Shown here: in pieces, positions 28,911 through 38,355 of the stretch
Layout of the letters: every line of letters begins with the position of its first letter
How positions within the stretch are numbered: position 1 is the stretch's first letter
Assembly (NCBI GenBank): GCA_963816355.1
Contig: CAWFKH010000001.1
Coordinates: 160,001-224,000 of the forward strand
Direction of reading: 5' to 3'
DNA length: 64,000 nt
DNA from: an uncultured Gemmatimonadales bacterium
Lineage (GTDB): Bacteria; Gemmatimonadota; Gemmatimonadetes; Longimicrobiales; RSA9
Notes under the pieces: generated by a model
What the model saw: only the letters and a program-made list of their open reading frames with translations
Database searches by the model: none
Told to the model about the DNA's origin: nothing
Made by a program: the position numbers and the translations under genes

Positions 28911-30812
28911 TCATCGCGACGAACCGTCCTCCACCATGTACGCCACGCCCCACGCGCCCGGACCGATGTGCGTCGCGATCACCGGCGTCGCCGGAGACAC
29001 CAGCATCTCGCGCTCGCCGAACTCGGCGTCGAGCGCCCCGCGGACCTCGTCGACCACCGCCGGGTGGGCCACGTGGATGACGCCGAAGCGCACGCGGCGC
29101 GCGTCGCCGATGCGGCCGCGCAGCGCCGCGACGATCCGCGGGAGCAGGTTGCCGCGCCCGCGTACGCGCGCGAGCGTCGCCACCCGCCCGTCCGGCTCCA
29201 GCGAGAGGATCGGGCGGATGTCGAGCAGGTTGCCCAGCAGCGCGCGGCCGCGCGTCACGCGGCCGGAGGCGATGAGGCGGTCGAAGCTCTCGACCGTGAA
29301 CAGGATGCCGGAGCGGCGGCGTACGCGCTCCAGCTCCGCCGCGATCGCCTCCGGCGGCTCGCCGGCCTCGGCGAGCTCCGCCGCCTTCACCACCAGCAGA
29401 CCCTGCAGCAGTGACGCGCCCAGCGAGTCGACCAGCCGCACCGGGGCGGCGTCGTACAGCTTCGCGGCCATCTCCGCCGATGCGAAGGTGCCGGACAGCG
29501 TCGAGCCGAGCAGCACGGCGACGATCGCCTCCGCATCCTGCGCCGCGCGGCGGAACCCGGCACGGAACTCCGCCGGTGCGGGTTGCGACGTCGTCGGGTG
29601 TGCACCCGCGAGGAGCCGCTCCGCGAACGTGGCGGACGTGATGTCGACGCGGTCGCGGAGCGATCCATCGTCGAAGACGAGCGTGAGGGGCACCACCGTG
29701 ATGCCGTGCGCGTTGACGACCTCGTCCGGGAGGTCGCACGCGGAGTCGGTCAGCACGCCGACCGGCCGCCGCACGAGCCCCGCGTGACGCGCGGCGGTAC
29801 GCTCCGCCGCGGCGTGCTGCGCCGCCATGTCCTCCGCCTTGTGCGCAACCATCTCGCCGACGCGTCGCAGGTAGTCGAACACCGCGTCCGGTGCGTCCGT
29901 ATGGATGTGGACCTTGAGAACGTCGCCCGCGCGGATCGCGATGACGGAATCACCCCGGCCCGCGAGCTCGCGACGCACCGCTTCCTCCTCCGGCAGGGAG
30001 CGGCCGCGCACGAGCGCCTCCGTGCAGTACCGGTAGACGCCGGATGGCCCATCGAAGTCGGCCAGCGCCGCGGCCACTGGCGTCCCCGCAGCCAGCGACC
30101 CGTCCGCCGCGCCGTCCGCGTCCGCCATCCCGTCCGCGTCCTCCGCGCCGTCGCCGTCGTCGCCGCCGCACGCGGCATCGCGCGTCGGCGCCTCGCCGTG
30201 AACGTAGCGGACGATGCCTTCCAGGATCGCGACGAACCCCTTGGCGCCCGCGTCGACAACGCCCGCCTTCTTCAGCACCGGCAGCAGCTCCGGCGTGTGC
30301 CGCAGCGATTCCCGGGCGCGCTCCAGGAGCGCTTCGGACAGCGGCTGGAAGTCCGCCGCCGCCGCGCCTTCGGCGGCCACCGCGCTCTCGGCGACATCCC
30401 GCATCACCGTGATGATCGTCCCCTCGACCGGCCGGTCGAGGGCGCCGTAGAGGTGCGTGACCGCTTCTCGCAGCGCGGCCGCGAACTCGCCCACGCTCAG
30501 GCGCGCGCGCCCGGCGACGCCCTGCGAGAAGCCGAGCATGAAGTGGGAGAGGATCATGCCGCAGTTGCCGCGGGCGCCGAGGACTCCCGCCTCCGCCGCC
30601 GCCGCCGCCACGGCGTGGAGCGGGAGGTCGCGGCTCCGGCGCAGCCGCTCGGAGATCGATCGCGCGGTGAGGGCGAGGTTCGTGCCCGTGTCGCCGTCCG
30701 GCACCGGGAAGACGTTGATCCGGTTCAGCTCCGCGCGCGACGCACGCGCGTGGTCCAGCCCCGCGATCAGCGCCCGGCGGAGACGGCCGCCGTCGATGTA
30801 GGCGATCTGCAT
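28911..30812 (-). CDS. DAK2 (FakA-like) - DegV (FakB-like) fusion protein
   Basis: INVFPVPDGDTGTNL, ARGNCG, PVEGTI, VDAGAKG, YCTE, KVHIHT, then DegV motifs TDSACDL, TTSQP, LSGT, ATHIGPG. Confidence 0.88.
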   Translation of the reverse strand: MQIAYIDGGRLRRALIAGLDHARASRAELNRINVFPVPDGDTGTNLALTARSISERLRRSRDLPLHAVAAAAAEAGVLGARGNCGMILSHFMLGFSQGVAGRARLSVGEFAAALREAVTHLYGALDRPVEGTIITVMRDVAESAVAAEGAAAADFQPLSEALLERARESLRHTPELLPVLKKAGVVDAGAKGFVAILEGIVRYVHGEAPTRDAACGGDDGDGAEDADGMADADGAADGSLAAGTPVAAALADFDGPSGVYRYCTEALVRGRSLPEEEAVRRELAGRGDSVIAIRAGDVLKVHIHTDAPDAVFDYLRRVGEMVAHKAEDMAAQHAAAERTAARHAGLVRRPVGVLTDSACDLPDEVVNAHGITVVPLTLVFDDGSLRDRVDITSATFAERLLAGAHPTTSQPAPAEFRAGFRRAAQDAEAIVAVLLGSTLSGTFASAEMAAKLYDAAPVRLVDSLGASLLQGLLVVKAAELAEAGEPPEAIAAELERVRRRSGILFTVESFDRLIASGRVTRGRALLGNLLDIRPILSLEPDGRVATLARVRGRGNLLPRIVAALRGRIGDARRVRFGVIHVAHPAVVDEVRGALDAEFGEREMLVSPATPVIATHIGPGAWGVAYMVEDGSSR

Positions 30813-30818
30813 GGGGCG

Positions 30819-30847
30819 AAGATCGGAGGCCGCCGGACGGGACGCAA
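30819..30847 (-). promoter_or_regulatory. Candidate leaderless promoter for the DAK2-DegV gene
   Basis: TTGCGT-17 nt-GATCTT-6 nt-ATG, no SD. Confidence 0.4.
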
Positions 30848-30935
30848 CGGCGAGGCGCCTCCGCGCTGGAATCGCGGACGCAGTCGCGCTAGATTCCCCG
30901 CTCCCTGAACGCACCCCCATCCGCGGAGGCCCCAC

Positions 30936-31178
30936 GTGGAGCAGTTCGTCGAACGGAGCTTCGGCAGCCTGACCGTGCGCATCGACCGGTGGGCGTGCGT
31001 CGGGTACGGAGACTGCATCTCCGTCGCGCCGGAGGTCTTCGTCTTCGACGACCACAACCTCTGCTCGTTCCGGGAGGATCCGGAGCAGATCGAGCGCGAC
31101 CGCCTCGTCACCGCGTGCGCCGTCTGTCCTTCCGGCGCGCTCGCCGTCACCGAGGACGGCGCGATCATCGTACCGTAA
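30936..31178 (+). CDS. Single-cluster ferredoxin
   Basis: GGAGG RBS, GTG start; CVGYGDC...APEVF...CPSGAL. Confidence 0.85.
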   Translation: MEQFVERSFGSLTVRIDRWACVGYGDCISVAPEVFVFDDHNLCSFREDPEQIERDRLVTACAVCPSGALAVTEDGAIIVP

Positions 31179-31193
31179 CGTGACCTCGTAGCG

Positions 31194-32126
31194 ATGAACT
31201 CGACGGCACCCCATCCGCAGCCGACCGCCCCCGCGGCGGCGGCCGCCGCGTCGCCCTCGCGGCGGCGCGGCGCGGTGCGCGTCGGATCGTACATCGAGCT
31301 CACGAAGCCGGGGATCACCCGGCTCGTCACCATGACCGCCGCCGCCGGCTTCTACCTCGCCTCGCCCGCGGACGTGGACTGGGTCCGGCTGCTCTACACG
31401 CTCGTCGGCGTCGCCGTCGCCGCCGGCGGCGCGAACGCGCTCAACGAGTACACGGAACGCGAGTTGGACGCCCGCATGAGGCGGACCCGCGGGCGGCCGC
31501 TCCCCTCCGGCCGCGTCGGACGACGCGGCGCGCTGGTGTTCGCGCTGCTCGCGTCGATCGCCGGCACCCTCTACCTGCTGCTGCTCGTCAACGCGGCGAC
31601 CGCGCTGCTCGTCGCGCTGAGCATCGTGAGCTACGTCGTCGTCTACACCCCGCTGAAGACGCGCACCACGCTGGCGACGCTGGTCGGCGCCGTGCCCGGC
31701 GCGCTTCCGATCCTCGCCGGCTGGGCCGCCGCGGGTGGACGCGTGGGACCCGTTGCGTGGAGCCTCTTCCTCATCCTATTCCTCTGGCAGATTCCGCACT
31801 TCCTCGCGCTCGCCTGGATGCACCGCGACGACTACGCCCGCGGCGGGTACGCGATGCTCACCGTGTTCGACCCGGACGGCGGCGCGACGGGACGCCAGAC
31901 CCTGCTCTACTCGCTCGCCCTGCTCCCGGTCAGCCTGCTGCCGTCCGTCTTCGGCCTCACCGGCGCCCTCTACTTCGTGGGCGCCTTCGTCCTGGGCGTG
32001 CTCTTCCTCGTGGCCGGCGCGGCGATGTCGTTGCGATGCACCGCCGATCGCGCCCGTCGCCTGTTCCTTGCATCGGTGCTCTACCTGCCCCTGTTGCTCG
32101 TGCTGATGGTCGTGGACAAGGTGTAG
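31194..32126 (+). CDS. ctaB: Protoheme IX farnesyltransferase (heme O synthase)
   Basis: ELTKPGI, DARMRRTRGRPLPSG, YTPLK, LWQIPHF, DDYARGG. Confidence 0.93.
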   Translation: MNSTAPHPQPTAPAAAAAASPSRRRGAVRVGSYIELTKPGITRLVTMTAAAGFYLASPADVDWVRLLYTLVGVAVAAGGANALNEYTERELDARMRRTRGRPLPSGRVGRRGALVFALLASIAGTLYLLLLVNAATALLVALSIVSYVVVYTPLKTRTTLATLVGAVPGALPILAGWAAAGGRVGPVAWSLFLILFLWQIPHFLALAWMHRDDYARGGYAMLTVFDPDGGATGRQTLLYSLALLPVSLLPSVFGLTGALYFVGAFVLGVLFLVAGAAMSLRCTADRARRLFLASVLYLPLLLVLMVVDKV

Positions 32127-32254
32127 CGCGGCAGCCGCCTTTCCCGATCCGTTCGAGCCGGGGGTGGTGTGCAGGGGAACCTCACCCCGGGCGGTCGCAA
32201 CGGCCTCGCGGCCACGCCGCCCGCATGCTGCTCCTCAGCCGACAGGAGGAACGT

Positions 32255-33220
32255 GTGGAAAAGAGCCGAAGCGGCTTTCGTGGCGTGGTGGCCGGACTCC
32301 TGGCGGCAACCGCCGTCATCGCGTGGTTCTTCTTCCTGGACCTGCTGCAGGGCCGGCCGTTCGCGACCCCCGCCTTCCTCGCGGCGACCGTCCTGGGCGG
32401 CGCACCGGCGGCGATCGGGCTCGGCACCATCGTCCTCTACACCCTCATCCACTACGCCGCCTTCATCGCGCTCGGCGTCGCCGTCGCCGCCCTCGTCTCG
32501 TCGGCCCGCCTCCCGCCCGGCCTGGCCATGGGCGTCATCCTCGGTATCGTCTTCTTCGACCTGGTGTTCTACACCGGCCTGGTCCTCAGCGGCGTCGACG
32601 TGCTGCGCCAGCTCGGCTGGCCGTGGGTCCTGATCGGCAACGAGATCGCCGGCCTCACGATGGTCGCGTGGCTCCGCTACACCAGCCCCTACGAGGTCAC
32701 GAGCTGGGGCGAGATCCTGCGGCACCACCGGATCGTCCGCGAAGGGATCGTCGCCGGCGTCATCGGCGCCACCGCCGTCGCGGTGTGGGCGCTCCTCTTC
32801 GACCTCGTCACCCGGCAGATCCTCTACACGCCCGCGGCGCTCGGGTCCGCGCTGTTCTACGGTGCGAACGTCACGTCACAGGTGCAGATCACCGCTGGCA
32901 CCGTCCTCGGCTACACGGTGATCCACTACGCGGCGTTCGTCGCGGTGGGATTCGCCGCCGCCGCGATGCTCACCGCCGCCCGGCGCGAGCCGGGCGTCCT
33001 GATCGGCGCCATGCTCGTCTTCGTCACGCTCGAAGCGAGCTTCATCGGCATGATCGCGCTCTTCGCCGGCTGGATCCTCACCGCGCTCGGCGGCTGGAAC
33101 GTGGCGATCGGCAACGTCGTCGCGGCGCTCGCGATGGGCTGGTACCTGTGGCGGGTCCACCCCGAGGTACGGGGCTGGCTGGAGCGAGAGTCTTCCGTGG
33201 AGGACGTGGCGGCGCGCTGA
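32255..33220 (+). CDS. Uncharacterised polytopic membrane protein with internal duplication
   Basis: AGGAGG RBS before GTG; two homologous halves, each with G(V/I)VAG..ATAV..W...DL...TPA.L and YT.IHYAAF. Confidence 0.75.
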   Translation: MEKSRSGFRGVVAGLLAATAVIAWFFFLDLLQGRPFATPAFLAATVLGGAPAAIGLGTIVLYTLIHYAAFIALGVAVAALVSSARLPPGLAMGVILGIVFFDLVFYTGLVLSGVDVLRQLGWPWVLIGNEIAGLTMVAWLRYTSPYEVTSWGEILRHHRIVREGIVAGVIGATAVAVWALLFDLVTRQILYTPAALGSALFYGANVTSQVQITAGTVLGYTVIHYAAFVAVGFAAAAMLTAARREPGVLIGAMLVFVTLEASFIGMIALFAGWILTALGGWNVAIGNVVAALAMGWYLWRVHPEVRGWLERESSVEDVAAR

Positions 33221-33240
33221 GTCGCGCCCGCCGCGGCCAC

Positions 33241-34221
33241 TCACCGCGTGGCGGCGAGCTCCTTCGGGCGCGGGCGCTCGGCGCGCGCGGTGAGCGACGC
33301 GCCGGCCGCGGGTCCGATCGGCGCCGCCGGCCGCGGCGGCCGCGAACCGCCCGGGCCGTCGTCCGAAGGGCCCGCGCCGAGACCGCCACGGGGCTCCTCG
33401 CGCTCCTCTCGGGAGGAGTAACGCAGGAAGATGATCGTGACCGCCGTCCAGTAGATCAGCATCCCCGGCACCCACATGATCACGCCGCCGAGCGTCTGAT
33501 CCTCGACCGCGCCGAGGCCGAAGATGCGCGGCGCCGTCGCGTACCAGGAGAGCAGCGGCGCGTCGGCGAAGGAGAAGATCGCCGCCACGATCGACATCGG
33601 CAGCCCGAACGCGAAGATGTAGAGCATCCGCATCATGCTGCCGAGGCGCGACAGCTCGGGCAGCGGATCGATCACGGGCCACCACATCATGACGGCCGTC
33701 GCCATGAAGAGCAGGTGCTCCACGATGTGCACGGCGTGGTGCTCGAGCGCGTAGTTGTACGCCGCGGGGAAGTGCCAGCCGACGAAGACGGCGTTGTAGG
33801 CGACGAAGGCGGTGGCGGGGTGCGTGAGCACGCGCGCGACCGGCTCGACGCCGCGCCGCAACAGCGCCTTGCGCAGCAGCCACGCGGGCAGGCCGAGCAG
33901 CAGCAGCGGCGGCATCACCATCATGAGCAGCATGTGCTGCACCATGTGGCCGCTGAACAGGTAGTAATCGCTCAGGTCGTGGATCGGCCCGTCCAACGCC
34001 ACGAACATGATGCCGATCGCGGCGACGAACGCCGTGGTCTGCCACGGGTCGCGCGGCCCCGCGCCGAGCCGGCGGCGCAGCGGGCCGACGGCGATGAAGT
34101 AGGCGGCGAGGAGAGCGGCGTCGCCGATCAGGACGGAGGGGTGGATCGACCAGCGGGTCCACGAGAAGCCACCCGGCGCGCCGCCGTGAAGCAGCGCGAT
34201 CAGCGCGATCGGGTGACCCAT
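33241..34221 (-). CDS. ctaG: Cytochrome c oxidase assembly factor (caa3-type CtaG)
   Basis: YLFSGHMVQH, WHFP, EH..F..TA..MWWP, DQ..GGVIMWVPG. Confidence 0.88.
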   Translation of the reverse strand: MGHPIALIALLHGGAPGGFSWTRWSIHPSVLIGDAALLAAYFIAVGPLRRRLGAGPRDPWQTTAFVAAIGIMFVALDGPIHDLSDYYLFSGHMVQHMLLMMVMPPLLLLGLPAWLLRKALLRRGVEPVARVLTHPATAFVAYNAVFVGWHFPAAYNYALEHHAVHIVEHLLFMATAVMMWWPVIDPLPELSRLGSMMRMLYIFAFGLPMSIVAAIFSFADAPLLSWYATAPRIFGLGAVEDQTLGGVIMWVPGMLIYWTAVTIIFLRYSSREEREEPRGGLGAGPSDDGPGGSRPPRPAAPIGPAAGASLTARAERPRPKELAATR

Positions 34222-34226
34222 CCCGC

Positions 34227-34568
34227 TCAGCCCAGCGTGATGTAGGGCAGGACCCGGAAGAGCATGATCAGCGATACGACGACCGTGATGCCGAGCACGA
34301 GCGGCGCGACGAACACGCTGCTGAACACCTTCGAGTCGAACCGCAGGTGCATGTAGAACATCACGACCATCGTGAACTTGATCGCGGAGAGCGAGACGAG
34401 CAGCGGCACCAGCACGACGTGCAGCGCCTGGATGTAGAAGACCGCCACCTCCATCGCCGTGATCACGGTCAGGATCACGCCGACGATGACGTAGAACTTC
34501 GCGCTCGGATGCGTCCGCTGGTCGTGGGCGACCTCGTCGTGCCGCGCTTGCTGCTCCGTTGGCGTCAT
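34227..34568 (-). CDS. Cytochrome c oxidase subunit IV
   Basis: LTVITAMEV, KFTMVVMFYMHLRFD. Confidence 0.85.
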   Translation of the reverse strand: MTPTEQQARHDEVAHDQRTHPSAKFYVIVGVILTVITAMEVAVFYIQALHVVLVPLLVSLSAIKFTMVVMFYMHLRFDSKVFSSVFVAPLVLGITVVVSLIMLFRVLPYITLG

Positions 34569-34578
34569 GCCGCGCCTC

Positions 34579-35184
34579 CTACGAGATCAGATAGACGAGG
34601 GTGAAGATCGCGATCCACACCACATCCACGAAGTGCCAGTAGAGGCCGGCGATCTCGAGCTTCAACGCGTTGTGCGGCCCCAGCTTGCCTCGCAACTGCT
34701 CGAACCACAGCGCCAGCAGCCACATCACGCCCACCGTCACGTGCGCGCCGTGGAACCCGGTCAGCACGAAGAACGTCGAGCCGAAGACGTTCTTCGTGAT
34801 CGCCGCGCCCTCGTGATAGAAGTGCGTGAACTCGTACGCCTGGAAGCCGAGGAAGCCGGCCCCCAGCACGCACACGGCCATGATCCAGAAGAGCCCCGCG
34901 CCGCGCCGGTTCCGCTGCACGGCGTCGAGCGCCAGCACCATCGCCAGCGAGCTCATCAGCAGCACGAACGTGCTGATCGACGTGAGCGGGATGTTCAGGA
35001 TGCCGTTCGGCCCGTGCGGCATCGGCCCGACCACGCTGCGGCCGCGGTAGACCATGTACGTCGCGATCAGCGAGCCGAAGAACAGGCATTCCGACCCGAT
35101 GAAGGTCCAGAACCCCAGCTTCCAGCTCGGCAGCCCGGTCGAAGTGTAGTGGTCGTCCGCGTGGACGACGGCGGCGTCGCTCAA
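34579..35184 (-). CDS. Cytochrome c oxidase subunit III (short form)
   Basis: KLGFWTFIGSECLFF, TGFHGAHV, LYWHFVDVVW; TTG start with GAGGAG RBS. Confidence 0.92.
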   Translation of the reverse strand: MSDAAVVHADDHYTSTGLPSWKLGFWTFIGSECLFFGSLIATYMVYRGRSVVGPMPHGPNGILNIPLTSISTFVLLMSSLAMVLALDAVQRNRRGAGLFWIMAVCVLGAGFLGFQAYEFTHFYHEGAAITKNVFGSTFFVLTGFHGAHVTVGVMWLLALWFEQLRGKLGPHNALKLEIAGLYWHFVDVVWIAIFTLVYLIS

Positions 35185-35215
35185 GTCTCCTCCCCTCGCT
35201 GCATCCAGGCCGGCA

Positions 35216-37024
35216 TCAGCGGAACGCCGGCTCGAAGGCCCAGTTGACCGCCATCAGCGCCGTGAAGCCGAGCCCCAGCAGCGGCGCCCACCAGACGTGC
35301 GTCAGGAACATCGCGAAGGTGCTCGCGATGCCGATCGCCGTGAGGATCGGCCAGAACGATGGCGATGGCATGTGGATCGGCTGCGCGGGCGTCGCCTGTG
35401 CGGCCGCCATCATCGCCTCCGGCTCGTCCCACATCGGCTCGCGGCTGTGCACTTCCGGCAGCTCGGCGAAATTGTACTCCGGCGGCGGCGACGCCGTCGC
35501 CCACTCCAGCGTGTGCGCGTTCCAGGGGTTCGGCCCAGCCACCGCGCCCTTGCGCGCGCTGCGGATCAGGTTCCACACGAAGATCAGCACCGCGAGCGCC
35601 TGGATGAAGGCGCCGACCGTCTCCCACAGGTTCAGCGCGCTCACGTTCAGCTCGGGCGAGTACGTGAAGACGCGGCGCGGCATGCCCAGCAGGCCGGCGA
35701 AGTGCATCAGGAAGAACGTCATGTTCATCCCGATGAAGAAGAGCCAGAAGTGCAGCGCGCCGAGCTTCTCGCTCATCAGCCGGCCGGTCACCTTCGGGTA
35801 CCAGAAGTAGAAGCCGGAGAAGAGGCCCATGATGAGGCCACCCACCAGCACGTAGTGGAAGTGCGCCACGACGAAGTAGGTGTCCGTCTGCTGCAGGTCG
35901 AGCGGCGGCGAGGCGTGCCAGATGCCGGAGATGCCGCCGATCGTGAAGAGCGCGATCGCGCCGATGCTGAAGTTCATCGCCGTAGTGAAGCGGATGCTGC
36001 CGCCCCACAACGTCGCCATCCAGTTGAAGATCTTCACGCCGGTCGGGATCGCGATGATCATCGTGGAGACGGCGAAGAAGGAATCCGCGATCGGGCCCAT
36101 GCCCGTGGCGAACATGTGGTGCGCCCACACGCCCCAGCTGATGAAGCCGATCAGGATCCCCGAATAGACGACGAGCGCGTAGCCGAAGAGCGGCTTGCGC
36201 GCGAACGTCGGCAGCACGTCGCTGATCACGCCGAAGCCGGGCAGGATCAGGATGTAGACCTCGGGATGGCCGAACAGCCAGAAGAGGTGTTGCCACAGGA
36301 AGGGGCTGCCGCCCGCCGACGTGATGTAGAAGTTGGTGCCCCAGAAGCGGTCGAACGTCTGGAAGAAGAGCGCGACCGCCAGCACCGGCAGCGCCGTCAC
36401 CAGCAGGAAGCTCGTGACGAAGCCCATCCAGGTGAACAGTGGCATGCGCATCAGCTTCATGCCGGGCGCGCGCAGATTGATGATCGTCGTGATGAAGTTG
36501 ACGCCGCCCATGATCGAGGCGACGCCCAGGATCTGCAGACCGAGCACCCAGAAGTCGATGTGCAGCCCCGGCGAGAACTGCGGTCCCGTCAGCGGCGTGT
36601 AGCCGAACCAGCCGCCGTTCGGCGCGGCCTTGAACAGCCAGCTCACGTTCATGAAGATGCCGCCGAACAGGAACACCCAGTACGACAGCGCGTTCAGCCG
36701 CGGGAACGCCACGTCTCGCGCGCCGATCTGCAGCGGGATCACGAAGTTGAAGAACGCGACCGCGAGCGGCATCCCGACCAGGAAGACCATGGTCGTGCCG
36801 TGCATGGTGAACACCTCGTTGTAGGTGTCCGCGCTCAGCACGGTGCCGTTCGGCTGCGCGAGCTGCAGCCGGATCAGCAGCGCCTCCAGTCCACCCGCGA
36901 GGAGGAAGACCAACGCGGTGGAGGCGTAGAGGACCCCGATCTTCTTGTGGTCGATCGTGGTGATCCAGTCCCACACGCCGCTGCGGCGCGGCGCCTGGGT
37001 TACGATCGCTTCGGCAGTCGCCAT
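35216..37024 (-). CDS. ctaD: Cytochrome c oxidase subunit I (A1-type)
   Basis: DHKKIG, HGTTM, FWLFGHPEVY, WAHH, AHFHY, GMPRR. Confidence 0.96.
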   Translation of the reverse strand: MATAEAIVTQAPRRSGVWDWITTIDHKKIGVLYASTALVFLLAGGLEALLIRLQLAQPNGTVLSADTYNEVFTMHGTTMVFLVGMPLAVAFFNFVIPLQIGARDVAFPRLNALSYWVFLFGGIFMNVSWLFKAAPNGGWFGYTPLTGPQFSPGLHIDFWVLGLQILGVASIMGGVNFITTIINLRAPGMKLMRMPLFTWMGFVTSFLLVTALPVLAVALFFQTFDRFWGTNFYITSAGGSPFLWQHLFWLFGHPEVYILILPGFGVISDVLPTFARKPLFGYALVVYSGILIGFISWGVWAHHMFATGMGPIADSFFAVSTMIIAIPTGVKIFNWMATLWGGSIRFTTAMNFSIGAIALFTIGGISGIWHASPPLDLQQTDTYFVVAHFHYVLVGGLIMGLFSGFYFWYPKVTGRLMSEKLGALHFWLFFIGMNMTFFLMHFAGLLGMPRRVFTYSPELNVSALNLWETVGAFIQALAVLIFVWNLIRSARKGAVAGPNPWNAHTLEWATASPPPEYNFAELPEVHSREPMWDEPEAMMAAAQATPAQPIHMPSPSFWPILTAIGIASTFAMFLTHVWWAPLLGLGFTALMAVNWAFEPAFR

Positions 37025-37048
37025 GGCTCCGTGTCCCTGCGGGTTGCG

Positions 37049-38248
37049 CTACTTCAGGCTCGACAGGTAGGCGGCGACCTGCCGCACCTGTTCCTCCGTC
37101 AGGCCGGTCGGCGGGATGCCGCCGCCCTCCGTCCGGACACCGGGCATCTTGGCGCCCGGCTTCACCGCCTCCGGATCCGTCACCCACCGCGCGATGTTCT
37201 CCGGCGTGTTCGGCAGCGTACCCGCGCCGATCGCCCAGCGCGCGCCGACCATCGTGAGGTCCGGGCCGATCAACCCCACGGCCGGCGTCCCCGCGATGTG
37301 ATGGCACGCCACGCACGCGTGCGTCATGAAGATGTCGTAGCCCTGCCGCTCGGGCGTGCCCTCCGGCGGCGCGCCCGGCCGCGCCGGCGGCGGCGCGGCG
37401 GCCGCCGTGTCCGCGGCAGCGGCGGCGGACGTGGCGCCGACCGGTGCGATGCTCGCCGCGGCGGGCGCCTGCGCGGGCGGTGTCGCAGGCTTGCCCTGGA
37501 AGCGGCCGACGACGCGCGCGAACTCGTCTGGCGCGACGGCGACCACGTGCATGCGCATCAGCGCGTGCGAGGTGCCGCAGTACTCGGCGCACTGGCCCGA
37601 GTATTCGCCCGGCTGCTCGACCGTGAAGAGGAGGCGGTGGTAGCGCTCCGGCTGCGGCGCGCCCGCGGGCAGCGCGGGGATCGGGAAGTTGTCACGCTTG
37701 CCGCCCAGCCGCGGCACCCACCAGCTGTGAATGACGTCGATCGACGTGAGCTTCACCTGCACCGGTCGGCCGACCGGCAGGTAGAGCTGGTTCGATGTGC
37801 GCGCATCGCCGTACTGCGGATACTTGAACTCCCACCACCACTGGTGCCCGATCGCCTCCACCACCAGCGCATCCGCCGGCGCCTTGCGATACGTCTTGAA
37901 GATCGTGCGCACCGAGGGGACCGTGATCGCGACCACGATCACCGCCGGGATGATCGTCCACAGCAGCTCGAGCTTGTTGTTGCCGTGGATCTGCTTCGGC
38001 GGCGGCGCGCCCGGACGCTCGCGGAAGCGGACGACCAGGAACACGATGCCCGCCTCGACGAGGACGAGGATCCAGATCGTCCACCAGAAGATGTCGGCAA
38101 ACAGATCGTTGAGCTCCCTGCCGTAGTCCGTCACCGGCTGGAAGATCGTCTGCGGATGCACGCCGCTGCACGCGGCGAGCAGCAGGACCAGCCCACCGGT
38201 TCCGAGGGCGAGAATGCGGCGCCGAAGAGGTCGTCCCGAGCGCGCCAT
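37049..38248 (-). CDS. ctaC: Cytochrome c oxidase subunit II with fused cytochrome c (caa3 type), lipoprotein
   Basis: Lipobox LAAC; HQWWW, DVIHSWW, CAEYCGTSHALM CuA motif; CVACH heme c. Confidence 0.93.
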   Translation of the reverse strand: MARSGRPLRRRILALGTGGLVLLLAACSGVHPQTIFQPVTDYGRELNDLFADIFWWTIWILVLVEAGIVFLVVRFRERPGAPPPKQIHGNNKLELLWTIIPAVIVVAITVPSVRTIFKTYRKAPADALVVEAIGHQWWWEFKYPQYGDARTSNQLYLPVGRPVQVKLTSIDVIHSWWVPRLGGKRDNFPIPALPAGAPQPERYHRLLFTVEQPGEYSGQCAEYCGTSHALMRMHVVAVAPDEFARVVGRFQGKPATPPAQAPAAASIAPVGATSAAAAADTAAAAPPPARPGAPPEGTPERQGYDIFMTHACVACHHIAGTPAVGLIGPDLTMVGARWAIGAGTLPNTPENIARWVTDPEAVKPGAKMPGVRTEGGGIPPTGLTEEQVRQVAAYLSSLK

Positions 38249-38355
38249 CAACTCCTCACTGTGGTCAGATCGCGGGTCCGGCGTGAGTGGATCGCGGCGG
38301 GTGATGGCCGCCGGACGCATGAAGCGGGCAAGGTTATCACGACGCCGCTCCAGGG

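Noticed and set aside
28790..28920. Fluoride riboswitch upstream of the mscS-crcB run
   Set aside because: Only loose GCGATG...CCTAC resemblance; the conserved core and pseudoknot pairing are not evident, and an Infernal search would be needed
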